A DNA stretch of 64,000 nt from an uncultured Candidatus Poseidoniales archaeon. Lineage in GTDB: Archaea; Thermoplasmatota; Poseidoniia; Poseidoniales; Poseidoniaceae. This document shows, in pieces, positions 1 through 8,826 of the stretch. The notes below the pieces were generated by a model, which saw only the letters and a program-made list of their open reading frames with translations, did no database searches and was not told the DNA's origin. Numbering within the stretch: position 1 is the stretch's first letter; each line of letters opens with the position of its first letter. The DNA lies in NCBI GenBank assembly GCA_964577145.1, contig CAZNXM010000003.1:6186-70185 (forward strand), written 5' to 3'. The position numbers and the translations under genes are program-made.

Positions 1-294
1 CGACCAAGCAACACCTTTTGGTGCGTTTCCTGAGAGCAACATCCTATGCCCCGGGAGTAGTGAAAGTGCAGTATCGCCACCGGGGGCTCCAATTAATGCT
101 GCAGGAATATAATTGAGAAATGTATGAACTACTCCGGTTGCAACAATGATTCCAGCAACTGCAGAAAGTGGAATTCCTACAGCTAGTAATGCTGGTGAAA
201 CCGCAAGGAGAATAAGTGCGACATTGTTGACGTGAAAACCAGGGATTAATCCGGTTAACGAACCCAAGCAAACACCGATTAATAATGCGGCCAT
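1..294 (-). CDS. N-terminal part of a polytopic membrane protein, TctA/DUF112-like (MAALLIGVCLGSLTGLIPGFHVNNVALILL...). The gene runs off the window start.
   Basis: Hand translation of the reverse strand from the ATG at 292-294. The frame stays open to position 1 and is not in the ORF track because it has no stop. Hydrophobic helices with a GLIPG-type motif. The listed ORF 44..301 in another frame looks spurious. Confidence 0.4.
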   Translation of the reverse strand, partial: MAALLIGVCLGSLTGLIPGFHVNNVALILLAVSPALLAVGIPLSAVAGIIVATGVVHTFLNYIPAALIGAPGGDTALSLLPGHRMLLSGNAPKGVAWS

Positions 295-349
295 CATCCA
301 ACCAAATTCATAGAAGAAGTTGGAAAAAAGGAGTGATACTTCCATATGC

Positions 350-2071
350 TCACCCTTGATTCTCTACTTCTTCACGGTCGGATTCACCATCGCCATCACT
401 GTCTTCATTATCCGGAGAGTAACCAAGAGCGATTTCCGCTTCATCAGATAACATGTCGCCATCTGCATCGCTAACATCTGCATCTTGGAGTAAATATCTG
501 TGAGCAAGATTCACGTCATCAGCAACTTCGACAAGTCGACCTGTCCAAGTAAGTGTCATGTTTTCGTGAATGGAATCAAGACCGATCGAGTCGAATACGG
601 GGTCGATTAGGATTTTTTGCTGTGAGCCTTCTCTCTGCAAGTAGGTTTCACCCTCAATGTCTACGACGTTACCGGTGATTTTCACTCGCTTATCTATATC
701 ATACCATTCTGGAGCACCTTTGCTCCAGTCGAAGGCTTGTGGTTGTGGAGGGTCACCAACAAGCGTCAAACTATTGACAAATAATTGGAATTCTACCGAA
801 GAAGGAATCCAATTCACACTGACGTTGAGCACTATTGCCTGGCCATCTTCAATCCATCCACTATACATGCCCAAAGGAATCATTGCATCGAATTTCGTGT
901 CCATATTTGGATAGATGCCATCTGCTACGATAATTGCAGTATCCCTATCAGTTTCCATTTGTGATGAGCCATATGCAAAGCCTGAGACAACATATGTGGT
1001 ATTATGAGAGGCATTGATTGTTGAAACAGGATTTTCAGCCAATTGTAGTAGTAAATCTTCTGCGTCATTAACATCGATTAGGTCAACATCACCAGTTAGA
1101 CCAGCATCAATACACCATCCTACATATGTGGTAGACCACAAGAGTCTACCTTTGAATTCAACCCGTTCTCCTTCGTATTCGCTTATGTCCCCAATACCTC
1201 TCAAACAAGCACGGTAGCCGTCAGGGCCAACGATTTCCGTTCCGTTTATCTCACCAACTATCGATACTAAATTGCCAGAAGAATAGGACCAACTCGAAAT
1301 ATCATCAAAGCCAATTTCGGTAGATTCGGGGGTATGGGTGCGTACAATTCGGATCTCTGGTCCCTCTGTATGAAGCGCCCATCGCGCTTCTCTTTGTTCG
1401 TATTGCACAACTGCGGTAATTTCGACCTTCTGACCCGCTTCAAGCTGTTGTCCGGGAGCGGAATGAATGATCAAGCGTATTTGGTGGTCAGAGTTTGCAT
1501 AATTTGGATGGTCGCCAAGGTATAGTGCTGTGAAGGATGAATCAGGTGACACAGCCTTGGTTAGATATCCATTTACGATGAATGAATCACCTGCGAAAGC
1601 CTCTGGATCATTAGCAATAGTTGAGATTCCAATTAGCGGAGTTTCTGGAACATCACTTTCGTCCCACGATAAGGCACCGGCTCCTAAGGATTGAAGCCAT
1701 AATCTTCCTTCGTATTCGATGACGTCACCAGTGGCGGTAACCTTTGTCCCAAGAACGGGGATTTCTCCTGGACGATACCACCTAAGTTCGACAACACCAG
1801 TATCATCTTCGACAATGAGGTCAATACGGTCATCTCCTGAACCATACGGGTCTTCAACCCACGAAATAAGCGTGCCTTCAATCGAAACGACTTCATTTGT
1901 GTATTCGACCAGATTCTTGACTTCAACCAATTCCGGTTCACGAACCATAGCATATGCATTCATTGCTGCCACGAGTAATACCGACAGTGAAAACATCACC
2001 CAGAGGCGCTGTCCACGCAGTTCAGGGGAATCGTCCATGAGCCTATCAAGAACATCGCCAATGCCGCTCAT
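350..2071 (-). CDS. Secreted or membrane-anchored acidic protein of unknown function (N-terminal signal anchor, D/E-rich C-terminus).
   Basis: 573-aa ORF. N-terminal hydrophobic helix LWVMFSLSVLLVAAMNAYAMV, C-terminal SDGDGESDREEVENQG. No recognisable catalytic motif. Confidence 0.55.
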   Translation of the reverse strand: MSGIGDVLDRLMDDSPELRGQRLWVMFSLSVLLVAAMNAYAMVREPELVEVKNLVEYTNEVVSIEGTLISWVEDPYGSGDDRIDLIVEDDTGVVELRWYRPGEIPVLGTKVTATGDVIEYEGRLWLQSLGAGALSWDESDVPETPLIGISTIANDPEAFAGDSFIVNGYLTKAVSPDSSFTALYLGDHPNYANSDHQIRLIIHSAPGQQLEAGQKVEITAVVQYEQREARWALHTEGPEIRIVRTHTPESTEIGFDDISSWSYSSGNLVSIVGEINGTEIVGPDGYRACLRGIGDISEYEGERVEFKGRLLWSTTYVGWCIDAGLTGDVDLIDVNDAEDLLLQLAENPVSTINASHNTTYVVSGFAYGSSQMETDRDTAIIVADGIYPNMDTKFDAMIPLGMYSGWIEDGQAIVLNVSVNWIPSSVEFQLFVNSLTLVGDPPQPQAFDWSKGAPEWYDIDKRVKITGNVVDIEGETYLQREGSQQKILIDPVFDSIGLDSIHENMTLTWTGRLVEVADDVNLAHRYLLQDADVSDADGDMLSDEAEIALGYSPDNEDSDGDGESDREEVENQG

Positions 2072-2124
2072 TGTTTCCCTTAGACACTGTTAGGTACATC
2101 AGTCTGTTTGCGAAAGGGGTTGAT

Positions 2125-3438
2125 ATGGTGGTACCCAAAGCGAGGCTTATGCGAGACCGGGTAATACGTGATGAAATTCATCGCGACATCTTGGTTCCCT
2201 CTCATATTGCAAGGTTGATTGATACACGCGAATTCCAGCGACTGCGTAACATTCAGCAACTCGCAACCTGTCATTATGTGTTTCCTGCAGCAACTCATAA
2301 TCGCTTTGCACACAGCCTTGGGGCATACCATTTGGCCACAGTACTTTGCAACCATTTGAGTGATGTACAGCCGGGAATAATTTCAGCAGATGATGCTGAA
2401 CTAGTTTCTATTGCTGCATTATTGCATGATATTGGTCATCCACCCTTTTCCCATCTACTGGAGAGTCCGAAGGTATTCGCAACATTCCATAGCCACGAAA
2501 AGTGGGGCCAGATGATGCTGGAATCTGATGAAACCGAGATAGGTTCTGCTTTGCGTGAGGTCCTTGGAACCGCAAGAACACAACGTTTGTTTGCACTTTT
2601 TAATGGTGCTTCGGAGTGTAATGGTGAAGTGATTGCACCATTCCTAAAGGAGATTGTTTCGAGCCAATTAGATGTCGACAGAATGGATTACATGATTCGT
2701 GACCAGGCAAATACTGGAGCACAAATAGGCGGTTTTGACAGTGCTAGAGTAATCAGGGCACTTCGTGTAGATGAAGAGGGTCACCTATTCGCAAAGCAAT
2801 GGGGGTTACCGGCTATTGAAGCATATTTGGTGACTCGATATCATATGTATAACCAAGTCTATTTTCACAAGGTGAATCAACTTACTCAAGAGTATTTGGT
2901 GAGGGTCTTATCGCGTGCTAGAGTGCTAGCAGAGAGCGATTCGCTTTCACTTAGTAATTCACTTTCATCAATGCTGACCTCAACTGAGTTAACCGTCAGG
3001 GAATATGCTAGATTAACGGATGCTGATATCAATAGTGCCTTGCTTGATTGGGCAGATCATGAGGATGCGATTCTTTCCGGGTATGCACGAAGGTTGGTCT
3101 CTCGGCGCGATTATCACAAGAGTATTCGGATTGGAGACTTGTCAACAAAAATGATGGACGTAGTTATTCCACGCCTCTTACCAATTGTCGAAGAGGCAGG
3201 ATATGATGAGTCGGACATCATCACCGCTTCGATTCGCAAAAAGGGATACATGCCTTATGCGCAGGGAATAAAGTTGGAAGACGGCCGTGATGTCGTCGAA
3301 CATTCACCATTGATTCAGAGTTTGGTACAACAGTCAGTACATGCTTTGATATTCATTCCAGAAGATGTGAGAGACCATTGTGAGCAGGTTGCAAGGGAAG
3401 TAATCAAGCCGTCACAATCAAGTCTTGCATCCTTCTGA
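2125..3438 (+). CDS. HD-domain phosphohydrolase (dGTPase / dNTP triphosphohydrolase-like).
   Basis: HSLGAYHLA ... LLHDIGHPPFSH metal-binding HD motifs. Start chosen at the ATG at 2125 (MVVPKARLMRDRVIRDEIHRDI), preceded by aggggt. The ORF is open from 2071. Confidence 0.8.
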   Translation: MVVPKARLMRDRVIRDEIHRDILVPSHIARLIDTREFQRLRNIQQLATCHYVFPAATHNRFAHSLGAYHLATVLCNHLSDVQPGIISADDAELVSIAALLHDIGHPPFSHLLESPKVFATFHSHEKWGQMMLESDETEIGSALREVLGTARTQRLFALFNGASECNGEVIAPFLKEIVSSQLDVDRMDYMIRDQANTGAQIGGFDSARVIRALRVDEEGHLFAKQWGLPAIEAYLVTRYHMYNQVYFHKVNQLTQEYLVRVLSRARVLAESDSLSLSNSLSSMLTSTELTVREYARLTDADINSALLDWADHEDAILSGYARRLVSRRDYHKSIRIGDLSTKMMDVVIPRLLPIVEEAGYDESDIITASIRKKGYMPYAQGIKLEDGRDVVEHSPLIQSLVQQSVHALIFIPEDVRDHCEQVAREVIKPSQSSLASF

Positions 3439-3451
3439 GAGTGTTTGCTAC

Positions 3452-3525
3452 GGACCAGTAGCTTAGTTGGTTAGAGCACCTGGCTCATAACCAGGCGGTC
3501 GCGGGTTCAAATCCCCCCTGGTCCA
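3452..3525 (+). tRNA. tRNA-Met (anticodon CAT; G1:C72, so not an initiator; could be elongator Met or Ile2-type CAU).
   Basis: GGACCAG acceptor stem, D-arm GCTT-AGTTGGTTA-GAGC, anticodon stem CCTGG/CCAGG with loop CUCAUAA, T-loop GGTTCAAAT, 3' strand CTGGTCC plus discriminator A. No encoded CCA. Confidence 0.85.
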
Positions 3526-3607
3526 CTTTTCCTTATTTCGAGGTTGATTTGAAGCGGCGACCCAGCGTGAACTTTGCATAAAGATGCAGTAGAACCGTTC
3601 ACGCGAC

Positions 3608-3638
3608 GGTAGCGGGTTCAAATCCCCCCTGGTCCACT
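3608..3638 (+). repeat. 31-nt direct repeat of the tRNA-Met 3' end (T-arm plus acceptor 3' strand), 30/31 identical to 3497..3527. A GCGTGAAC/GTTCACGC hairpin (3565..3604) lies just upstream.
   Basis: GGTAGCGGGTTCAAATCCCCCCTGGTCCACT versus GGTCGCGGGTTCAAATCCCCCCTGGTCCACT in the tRNA. No matching 5' acceptor strand upstream, so it is not a second tRNA. Confidence 0.7.
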
Positions 3639-3923
3639 CTTTATTGCAATGATTGATGCCATTTTTATTAGGCCAAAATTGTTCGAATCTTCGCTACCAA
3701 GCGGGTCTGGATTATCGCCTTCGACGAATAGGCTCCCATTTTTGATTGAAGTAATCCTCTTGAGGCAGGTGACGTCTGGTTTCAGTGGATGTTTGAATAC
3801 TACAATGTCACCAACAGTAACAATATGTTCAGAGAATTCTTGGAATTCAACAATATCTCCATCTTTCAGAGATGGCCACATCGAGTCGCCTTTGACAACT
3901 ACTTTCACGATGCGCGAATCCAT
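3618..3923 (-). CDS. sodX: Ni-SOD maturation protease SodX (S26/S24-type Ser-Lys peptidase).
   Basis: GDSMWPSLKDGDIV serine motif and the LKRIT lysine motif. 101 aa. Overlaps sodN by 19 nt in the same orientation. Its last codons (SGPGGI*) lie inside the tRNA-derived repeat. Confidence 0.7.
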   Translation of the reverse strand: MDSRIVKVVVKGDSMWPSLKDGDIVEFQEFSEHIVTVGDIVVFKHPLKPDVTCLKRITSIKNGSLFVEGDNPDPLGSEDSNNFGLIKMASIIAIKSGPGGI

Positions 3924-4354
3924 GTAATCTCACGGCCTTTCGCACCCCAGAATACTCCATGGATTTCTTCGATTGCATCCATTAGTTCCTGTGCGTGAAC
4001 CTCACTGACTTCGACCTTGCATGCAGAACACAACTTTGCAGCCTTCCAAAACATGTCGTGTAGCCCAGGGTTGGATTCAAGGTGCTGTGGCTTGAAGAAA
4101 TCAGTCCAAAGAACAAGTAATTCATCCTTGCACTTCTGTGCTTCTTCTTCCTTGATTGCAGCATAGCGACTCATGGTGTTCAGATATGCTGCCATTGCCT
4201 GTCCGTCATCGGTTGATGGGCATTGCAAGCCGAGCATTTTCTTGGTCATGGATTGAACGGCTTCTCCAGCGATTCTTGCGCTAGCAGGATCATATACTCC
4301 ACATGGTCCATCACAATGTGCTTCAGCCTCAATAAATTTCGTGTATTCGCTCAT
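3905..4354 (-). CDS. sodN: Nickel superoxide dismutase precursor (SodN) with an N-terminal leader.
   Basis: MSEYTKFIEAEA|HCDGPCGVYDPASARI Ni-hook, later VLWTDFFKPQHLESNPGLHDM. This matches the Streptomyces NiSOD HCDLPCGVYDPAQARI ... VLWSDYFKPPHFEKYPELHQL. Start set at the ATG at 4354, preceded by GGGGAG. The longer ORF to 4483 is probably not translated. Confidence 0.9.
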   Translation of the reverse strand: MSEYTKFIEAEAHCDGPCGVYDPASARIAGEAVQSMTKKMLGLQCPSTDDGQAMAAYLNTMSRYAAIKEEEAQKCKDELLVLWTDFFKPQHLESNPGLHDMFWKAAKLCSACKVEVSEVHAQELMDAIEEIHGVFWGAKGREITWIRAS

Positions 4355-4527
4355 GAATAACTCCCCAGTAATCACTCGATGAAGTCCCGGTTCATGAATG
4401 TGTGCTTTGGTGACGTAATAGTTGTGCTGAGGCCCGGTTGAATGCCGTACTGTTCGCCTTTTTGTCAAGGCACGGTCCCACAATAGTTATGAGGGACGCG
4501 AAGGTGGAGTGTATCATAGGTGTAACT

Positions 4528-5472
4528 ATGAAGGCAATCCGACGCTCTCTATTCCTTCTTGCAATCTACATGGCAAGCATGCTAATTGTAGCAACTCCAG
4601 CTGCTGCACAGGTGTCTGTACCAGCGGTTGACTTACAATGTATTTCCCCTAACCCGAGTGGTGCTGTAGAAGTTCCGGTTTATCCAGGTGCTTCGCTAAC
4701 AGGTTATGCAAACTGTAAGGTTTCCAATCCGAACTCCTATGTTGAGCGTATCGAGATTCAGGTAAGTGCTGACGGTCTTGTTGTCGCAGCGCCCGGTACT
4801 ATTACCGTCGGACCTAATGGAGAGTCGGAATTCCAGGTCACTGTTGGAGCAGACCAGCGTATGACAATGGGTAAGCGTAACCTCATGGTAAACGCCCGTG
4901 TTGTAGAGGCAAACGGTGCACCGCCGCCTAATATTGCAGAATCTCAGACCTCGATGATTATCTCGATTCTTCAGTTCAGCAGACTACAGGTTGAGGCAGT
5001 TGAGCCTTTCCTTCAGTTGAATCCTAAGACAGACCACAACTTCGAATTCAAGGTTTACAATCAAGGTAACTGGGCTGACAAGTTCAAGGTCGGAGTTACA
5101 GTAGAATCCCGTGACAAACTCGAAGCAGCAGGCTTCCAATTATCGATGCCAGCAGTAGCAGTTGAGATCGAAGGAATGGCAGCACCAATGAAGGTCCGTG
5201 TCATGACCCGCACTCCAAAGAATCAGGGATGGACTGACGAGTACTACACTCTTGAATTCCAAGCAGAGTCCGAGTTCTCATGCAGATACGAAACAACAGG
5301 ATGTAACTCAATGACACAGATGATTACCATCTATGTCCGTGGAGTTTACCTTCCCGGCTTTGAATTGATTCCAACTCTCTCAATGGTTGCATTAGCAGCC
5401 GCTGTCCTCGTTCGACGTGGCGAAGATGAGGATGAAGAAGGCGAGTGGCGTGAAGCCGCTCCCGGAATCTAG
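4528..5472 (+). CDS. Secreted protein with signal peptide and a C-terminal TM anchor plus acidic tail; CARDB/DUF11-like beta-sandwich motif.
   Basis: MKAIRRSLFLLAIYMASMLIVATPAAAQ signal, VYNQGNWADKFKV motif, C-terminal LSMVALAAAVLVRRGEDEDEEGEW. Confidence 0.6.
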   Translation: MKAIRRSLFLLAIYMASMLIVATPAAAQVSVPAVDLQCISPNPSGAVEVPVYPGASLTGYANCKVSNPNSYVERIEIQVSADGLVVAAPGTITVGPNGESEFQVTVGADQRMTMGKRNLMVNARVVEANGAPPPNIAESQTSMIISILQFSRLQVEAVEPFLQLNPKTDHNFEFKVYNQGNWADKFKVGVTVESRDKLEAAGFQLSMPAVAVEIEGMAAPMKVRVMTRTPKNQGWTDEYYTLEFQAESEFSCRYETTGCNSMTQMITIYVRGVYLPGFELIPTLSMVALAAAVLVRRGEDEDEEGEWREAAPGI

Positions 5473-5547
5473 TAGTCACCATTACAATCCCTTCGGGATT
5501 GACCCTATTCGGGGTTGGGTTGATAAATTACGGATGGCCGTAACTAA

Positions 5548-6822
5548 TTGCGTAATGCGGAGTTGAATGAAATGAGTGGACTTCTCGACAAGGCAACAGA
5601 GTATTCAGATTCCGTACACCAGGGTGATAATGTTGACAAGAAAGTAATCAACGATCCCGATGCAATTATTCAGGCCTATGAGAAGGGTAAGAAAGCTGTT
5701 GATGCAGTAGTAGAAGCCGTTGATGCAACTATTGAAAGCGAGATTTCTCCCTTAGAGAGCAAAGAATTAGGACGTCCAGAGGATAATGCAATTTTCAATA
5801 TTCTGGGCGCAGTTTCCCTACTCGTCATATTGGGTATTGTATTCTACAACAAATATGTTGATTGGCTTATTTTTGGTCCAGCAATAGCAGCGAGTTGGGC
5901 ATTATACAATGGAGCATATTTGAAAGTTAGAAGAATAGACTATGTCAAATTGGGCTCAACAGCAGTTGCATGGGTAGTTATTGCTGGAATCATAACAAGT
6001 GCATCATTCATGATTGGTTCTGCCTCAGGAGTAAAAATTGCCAGCATAGAGTTTGAAGATGGTGCAAATAATTTGCGAATCACAATGTTCGGTTCTTCTG
6101 GTACGGACTTCGATATCTCGGTGACAAATGGAGGAACTGTTCTGTGCTCAGATTCATCTTCAATTGGAATGGACCGAGTGACTGTAAGTTTGGCAGTTGA
6201 GGATTGTTGGGCAGGTAATGCGTATGACCATAATGGCGAAGAGGTATTGGATTATATCGTCAATGTCAATGATGGAGAGAATACCGATACATACACAATT
6301 CCTGCACGATATATGTCTAGGGAAGTCACTGCAGGCTTAGTAAAGGTGACAGAGATTACCAGTTCTACAACTGGAAGCGGTTCTTCATACAATGAATACG
6401 ATGGTATACAAGTGGACGCAGCAATTGGAATCGGTGACCAAAGTCAGGCTTATTCCTTCTCCAATGGTTACTTTTCAGGTATCGACCCTTGGTGGATTGA
6501 GGCTGATTGGAGTGCTACAATTACCGTAATTTATGGTGGAAGTACTGTTTACACATTCAATGTCCTAAATTCTGAGGAAGGAACAGTAGCAGGTTTAGGT
6601 GATTTCAACTCTGGTTGGGTTTATGTGAAATCAAATTCGGGTGGCATGTTAGATCGCAATCACTTCTATGACGACGATGGATGCTATACCTTCGAAGTTA
6701 GCATTACTAGCGATGTTAGTGGTCAGACAGTCGTTGACAGTAGGTCGCAAATTGAATTCCATTGGAATGATAACGAGGCCGACGAGGATACCTCCAACGA
6801 CCAACCAGCTGAATCTTGCTGA
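5548..6822 (+). CDS. Membrane protein: cytoplasmic N-terminus, about 3 TM helices, large extracytoplasmic C-terminal domain. Unknown function.
   Basis: 424-aa ORF on the same strand directly after 4528..5472. TM block NILGAVSLLVILGIVFY ... AVAWVVIAGIITSASFMIGSA. An alternative start is at 5572. Confidence 0.55.
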   Translation: MRNAELNEMSGLLDKATEYSDSVHQGDNVDKKVINDPDAIIQAYEKGKKAVDAVVEAVDATIESEISPLESKELGRPEDNAIFNILGAVSLLVILGIVFYNKYVDWLIFGPAIAASWALYNGAYLKVRRIDYVKLGSTAVAWVVIAGIITSASFMIGSASGVKIASIEFEDGANNLRITMFGSSGTDFDISVTNGGTVLCSDSSSIGMDRVTVSLAVEDCWAGNAYDHNGEEVLDYIVNVNDGENTDTYTIPARYMSREVTAGLVKVTEITSSTTGSGSSYNEYDGIQVDAAIGIGDQSQAYSFSNGYFSGIDPWWIEADWSATITVIYGGSTVYTFNVLNSEEGTVAGLGDFNSGWVYVKSNSGGMLDRNHFYDDDGCYTFEVSITSDVSGQTVVDSRSQIEFHWNDNEADEDTSNDQPAESC

Positions 6823-7071
6823 TTGCTTGTCTACACAATCTCAATAACTATCTCTCCCTCTAGGCTGAGTAGAAGTGGTACTTTGACTGACAAAAGCATC
6901 GAGCAACGAGTGGAAGAAATGGTTGAATATATTTCCGTTCTTGAGAAGAGATTGGATAGAGTAGAAGGAAAATCTGCCCTTAATTTTGATTGGAAAACAG
7001 AGATAGGTTTTGTCATTGGAATATTTGTGCTTGGACTGGGAGCCTTGGCCTATTTCAAATACTTCAGATGA
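6823..7071 (+). CDS. Small protein with a coiled-coil segment and a C-terminal TM helix (hypothetical).
   Basis: 82-aa ORF ending IGFVIGIFVLGLGALAYFKYFR. Start uncertain (possibly MVEYISVLEKRLDRVEG). Confidence 0.25.
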   Translation: MLVYTISITISPSRLSRSGTLTDKSIEQRVEEMVEYISVLEKRLDRVEGKSALNFDWKTEIGFVIGIFVLGLGALAYFKYFR

Positions 7072-7115
7072 TTCGATTATTCGCCAACTAATCTCTTTTT
7101 TTGAGGTACTACTCC

Positions 7116-8777
7116 TCATTCAGTAGTATCTTCTTCAGTGGATTCAATTTCCACTGCATCATCATAGTCCTTTGATTCAGATTCTGAGCCTGAAAACAAA
7201 CCTAACCTAGATGATGCAAATAATACAATGCCGATTCCGAGTGCAATTGCAATTGGAACGACTAGATTATCGCCAGAATCCTCTTCTTCTTCCCAGTCGA
7301 CTATTCCAGAGGATACACTATCTGTGCTACCAACGGTATCGTCATCGAATTCTGAGGGAATTATGAGATTGCAATCAAGGGTTTTCTCACCCTCGGTATA
7401 TGTGTCCCAATTAATTGGAACTTCTACAGTTTCACCCGCTTCAACAGCAATAGATTGGGTCATTCCTATGTTTGCATCTTCTCCATCAGTGAAACACTCG
7501 AACATGACATTTGCATCTGCTGCACCATCATTTGAGAGAGTTACCATCATTCCCAAGCGCTTGTTAACAGTGCCTTCATCAGCGGATTCTACTATACTAT
7601 CGAGAGTAACATGTGGTAGGTCCATCTCTACAGTGAATGATGGTGTCATTGGAAGTGGATCTACGGTCTTAGTCCATGTGCCCCAGATGGTTTCAAGGGT
7701 GAAAGTTGCAGATGCATCTTCTTCATGTAATTCTCCAGCACCATCTTGCCAGCGCACCATTCGGTTATGCTCATTTGTGGTCATTACAACAATATTGTCG
7801 CCACATGTAATAGCGGTCTCTCCATCAGCGCAATCTACCAATTGTCCAGGTGAATTACTATTGTATCCTAGAGAGATGGGCGAAACTACCACTCCACTAT
7901 TTGGAACTATTACTTCTCTCTTAGTGAGGATGTTTACCCAGTTGTCGATATTGCCTCCCGTGCCAGTAGAATTGGTCCACGTAACTCCACCATCATCCCA
8001 GATAATGATGTCTTCATCGGTGAGAGAGCCGGATAAGGTTGAATCCGTTATTGAGATTGATCCAGTAACATCGATTGGTCCCGTTCCACCCATTGTCGCT
8101 CCGTTGAGTTCACAACTACCATCACAGGTAATTCCCACGCCCGAAAGTTCTCCAGAAACGATTAAGCTACCTTGAACATCGATTGTCCAAGCGTGGTCAG
8201 TGTATTCTGTGACAACTGCATGGCCAGTTCCAGAAATATCTTCAGGACTTCTAACTACAGGAGTCCCCGAATCAGGGACGAGTTGTACATCATCTATTGA
8301 ATTGATTTGGAAGATTGTACCGTTTATTTGCACAGTGAGGTTTTCCCCGTCAAGTGAGCCGCTCCAATCGTATTGAGTTCCATTGAATACCTCCTCTGCA
8401 CCACCGTTAACCGAGATTGAAATATCCATTACTACCTCATCGTGGAATGTTATTCGCATAGTTCCAGATGGTCCTAAGTCCCCAGTTGGAACGATTAGAG
8501 TGGCAGTAGTATCGAGCGCTAAACGGGTTGGAGCTTCCGAAAGTGCACTTCCACTTACGACAAGGGTCGAACCTTCTTCGACTGTGATGGTAGAACCATC
8601 TTCGACAGTATAATCTCCTGAGATTGTCAGGGTGCTATTTTGCTTAACCAGTGTGTCACCACCTATGGAACCACTGGATTCCCAGTTGTCATCGCTTGCG
8701 ATGGTCATACCACCTTCAGCAGATACGATTGGTAGGCTACACAGCATGATGAGGCACATCAAAATTGCTCGGCGCAT
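7116..8777 (-). CDS. Secreted surface protein with signal peptide, C-terminal TM anchor and acidic tail; CARDB-like motif.
   Basis: MRRAILMCLIMLCSLPIVSA signal with an RR pair, LSNDGAADANVMFECF, C-terminal VVPIAIALGIGIVLFASS then DYDDAVEIESTEEDTTE. Confidence 0.65.
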   Translation of the reverse strand: MRRAILMCLIMLCSLPIVSAEGGMTIASDDNWESSGSIGGDTLVKQNSTLTISGDYTVEDGSTITVEEGSTLVVSGSALSEAPTRLALDTTATLIVPTGDLGPSGTMRITFHDEVVMDISISVNGGAEEVFNGTQYDWSGSLDGENLTVQINGTIFQINSIDDVQLVPDSGTPVVRSPEDISGTGHAVVTEYTDHAWTIDVQGSLIVSGELSGVGITCDGSCELNGATMGGTGPIDVTGSISITDSTLSGSLTDEDIIIWDDGGVTWTNSTGTGGNIDNWVNILTKREVIVPNSGVVVSPISLGYNSNSPGQLVDCADGETAITCGDNIVVMTTNEHNRMVRWQDGAGELHEEDASATFTLETIWGTWTKTVDPLPMTPSFTVEMDLPHVTLDSIVESADEGTVNKRLGMMVTLSNDGAADANVMFECFTDGEDANIGMTQSIAVEAGETVEVPINWDTYTEGEKTLDCNLIIPSEFDDDTVGSTDSVSSGIVDWEEEEDSGDNLVVPIAIALGIGIVLFASSRLGLFSGSESESKDYDDAVEIESTEEDTTE

Positions 8778-8826
8778 GACTCACGCTAATCGGATTAGGC
8801 TCATCAATGCACCCCTAAGGGGTGCA

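Noticed and set aside
44-301. Listed 85-aa minus-strand ORF.
   Set aside because: Cys/Arg-rich and implausible. Another frame on the same strand (1..294) reads as a clean TM protein and is preferred.
3541-3640. Possibility that the second tRNA-like segment is an independent (split or intron-containing) tRNA gene.
   Set aside because: No 5' acceptor strand (GGACCAG) or D-arm upstream. Only the T-arm and 3' acceptor half are present.
3452-4360. Possibility that the tRNA and its 3' duplicate delimit an integrated mobile element.
   Set aside because: The two copies are only ~110 nt apart with nothing between them. No integrase, transposase or second distant repeat is visible in the window. Kept only as an att-like scar hypothesis.
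7228-8175. 315-aa plus-strand ORF rich in Ser/Thr/Pro/Val.
   Set aside because: Entirely antisense to the well-supported surface-protein gene 7116..8777. The composition is what antisense of a D/E/G/T-rich gene gives. The same reasoning rejects 36314..37153(-), 29877..30581(+), 62530..63252(+), 49964..50476(-), 9661..10095(-) and 1719..2093(+).
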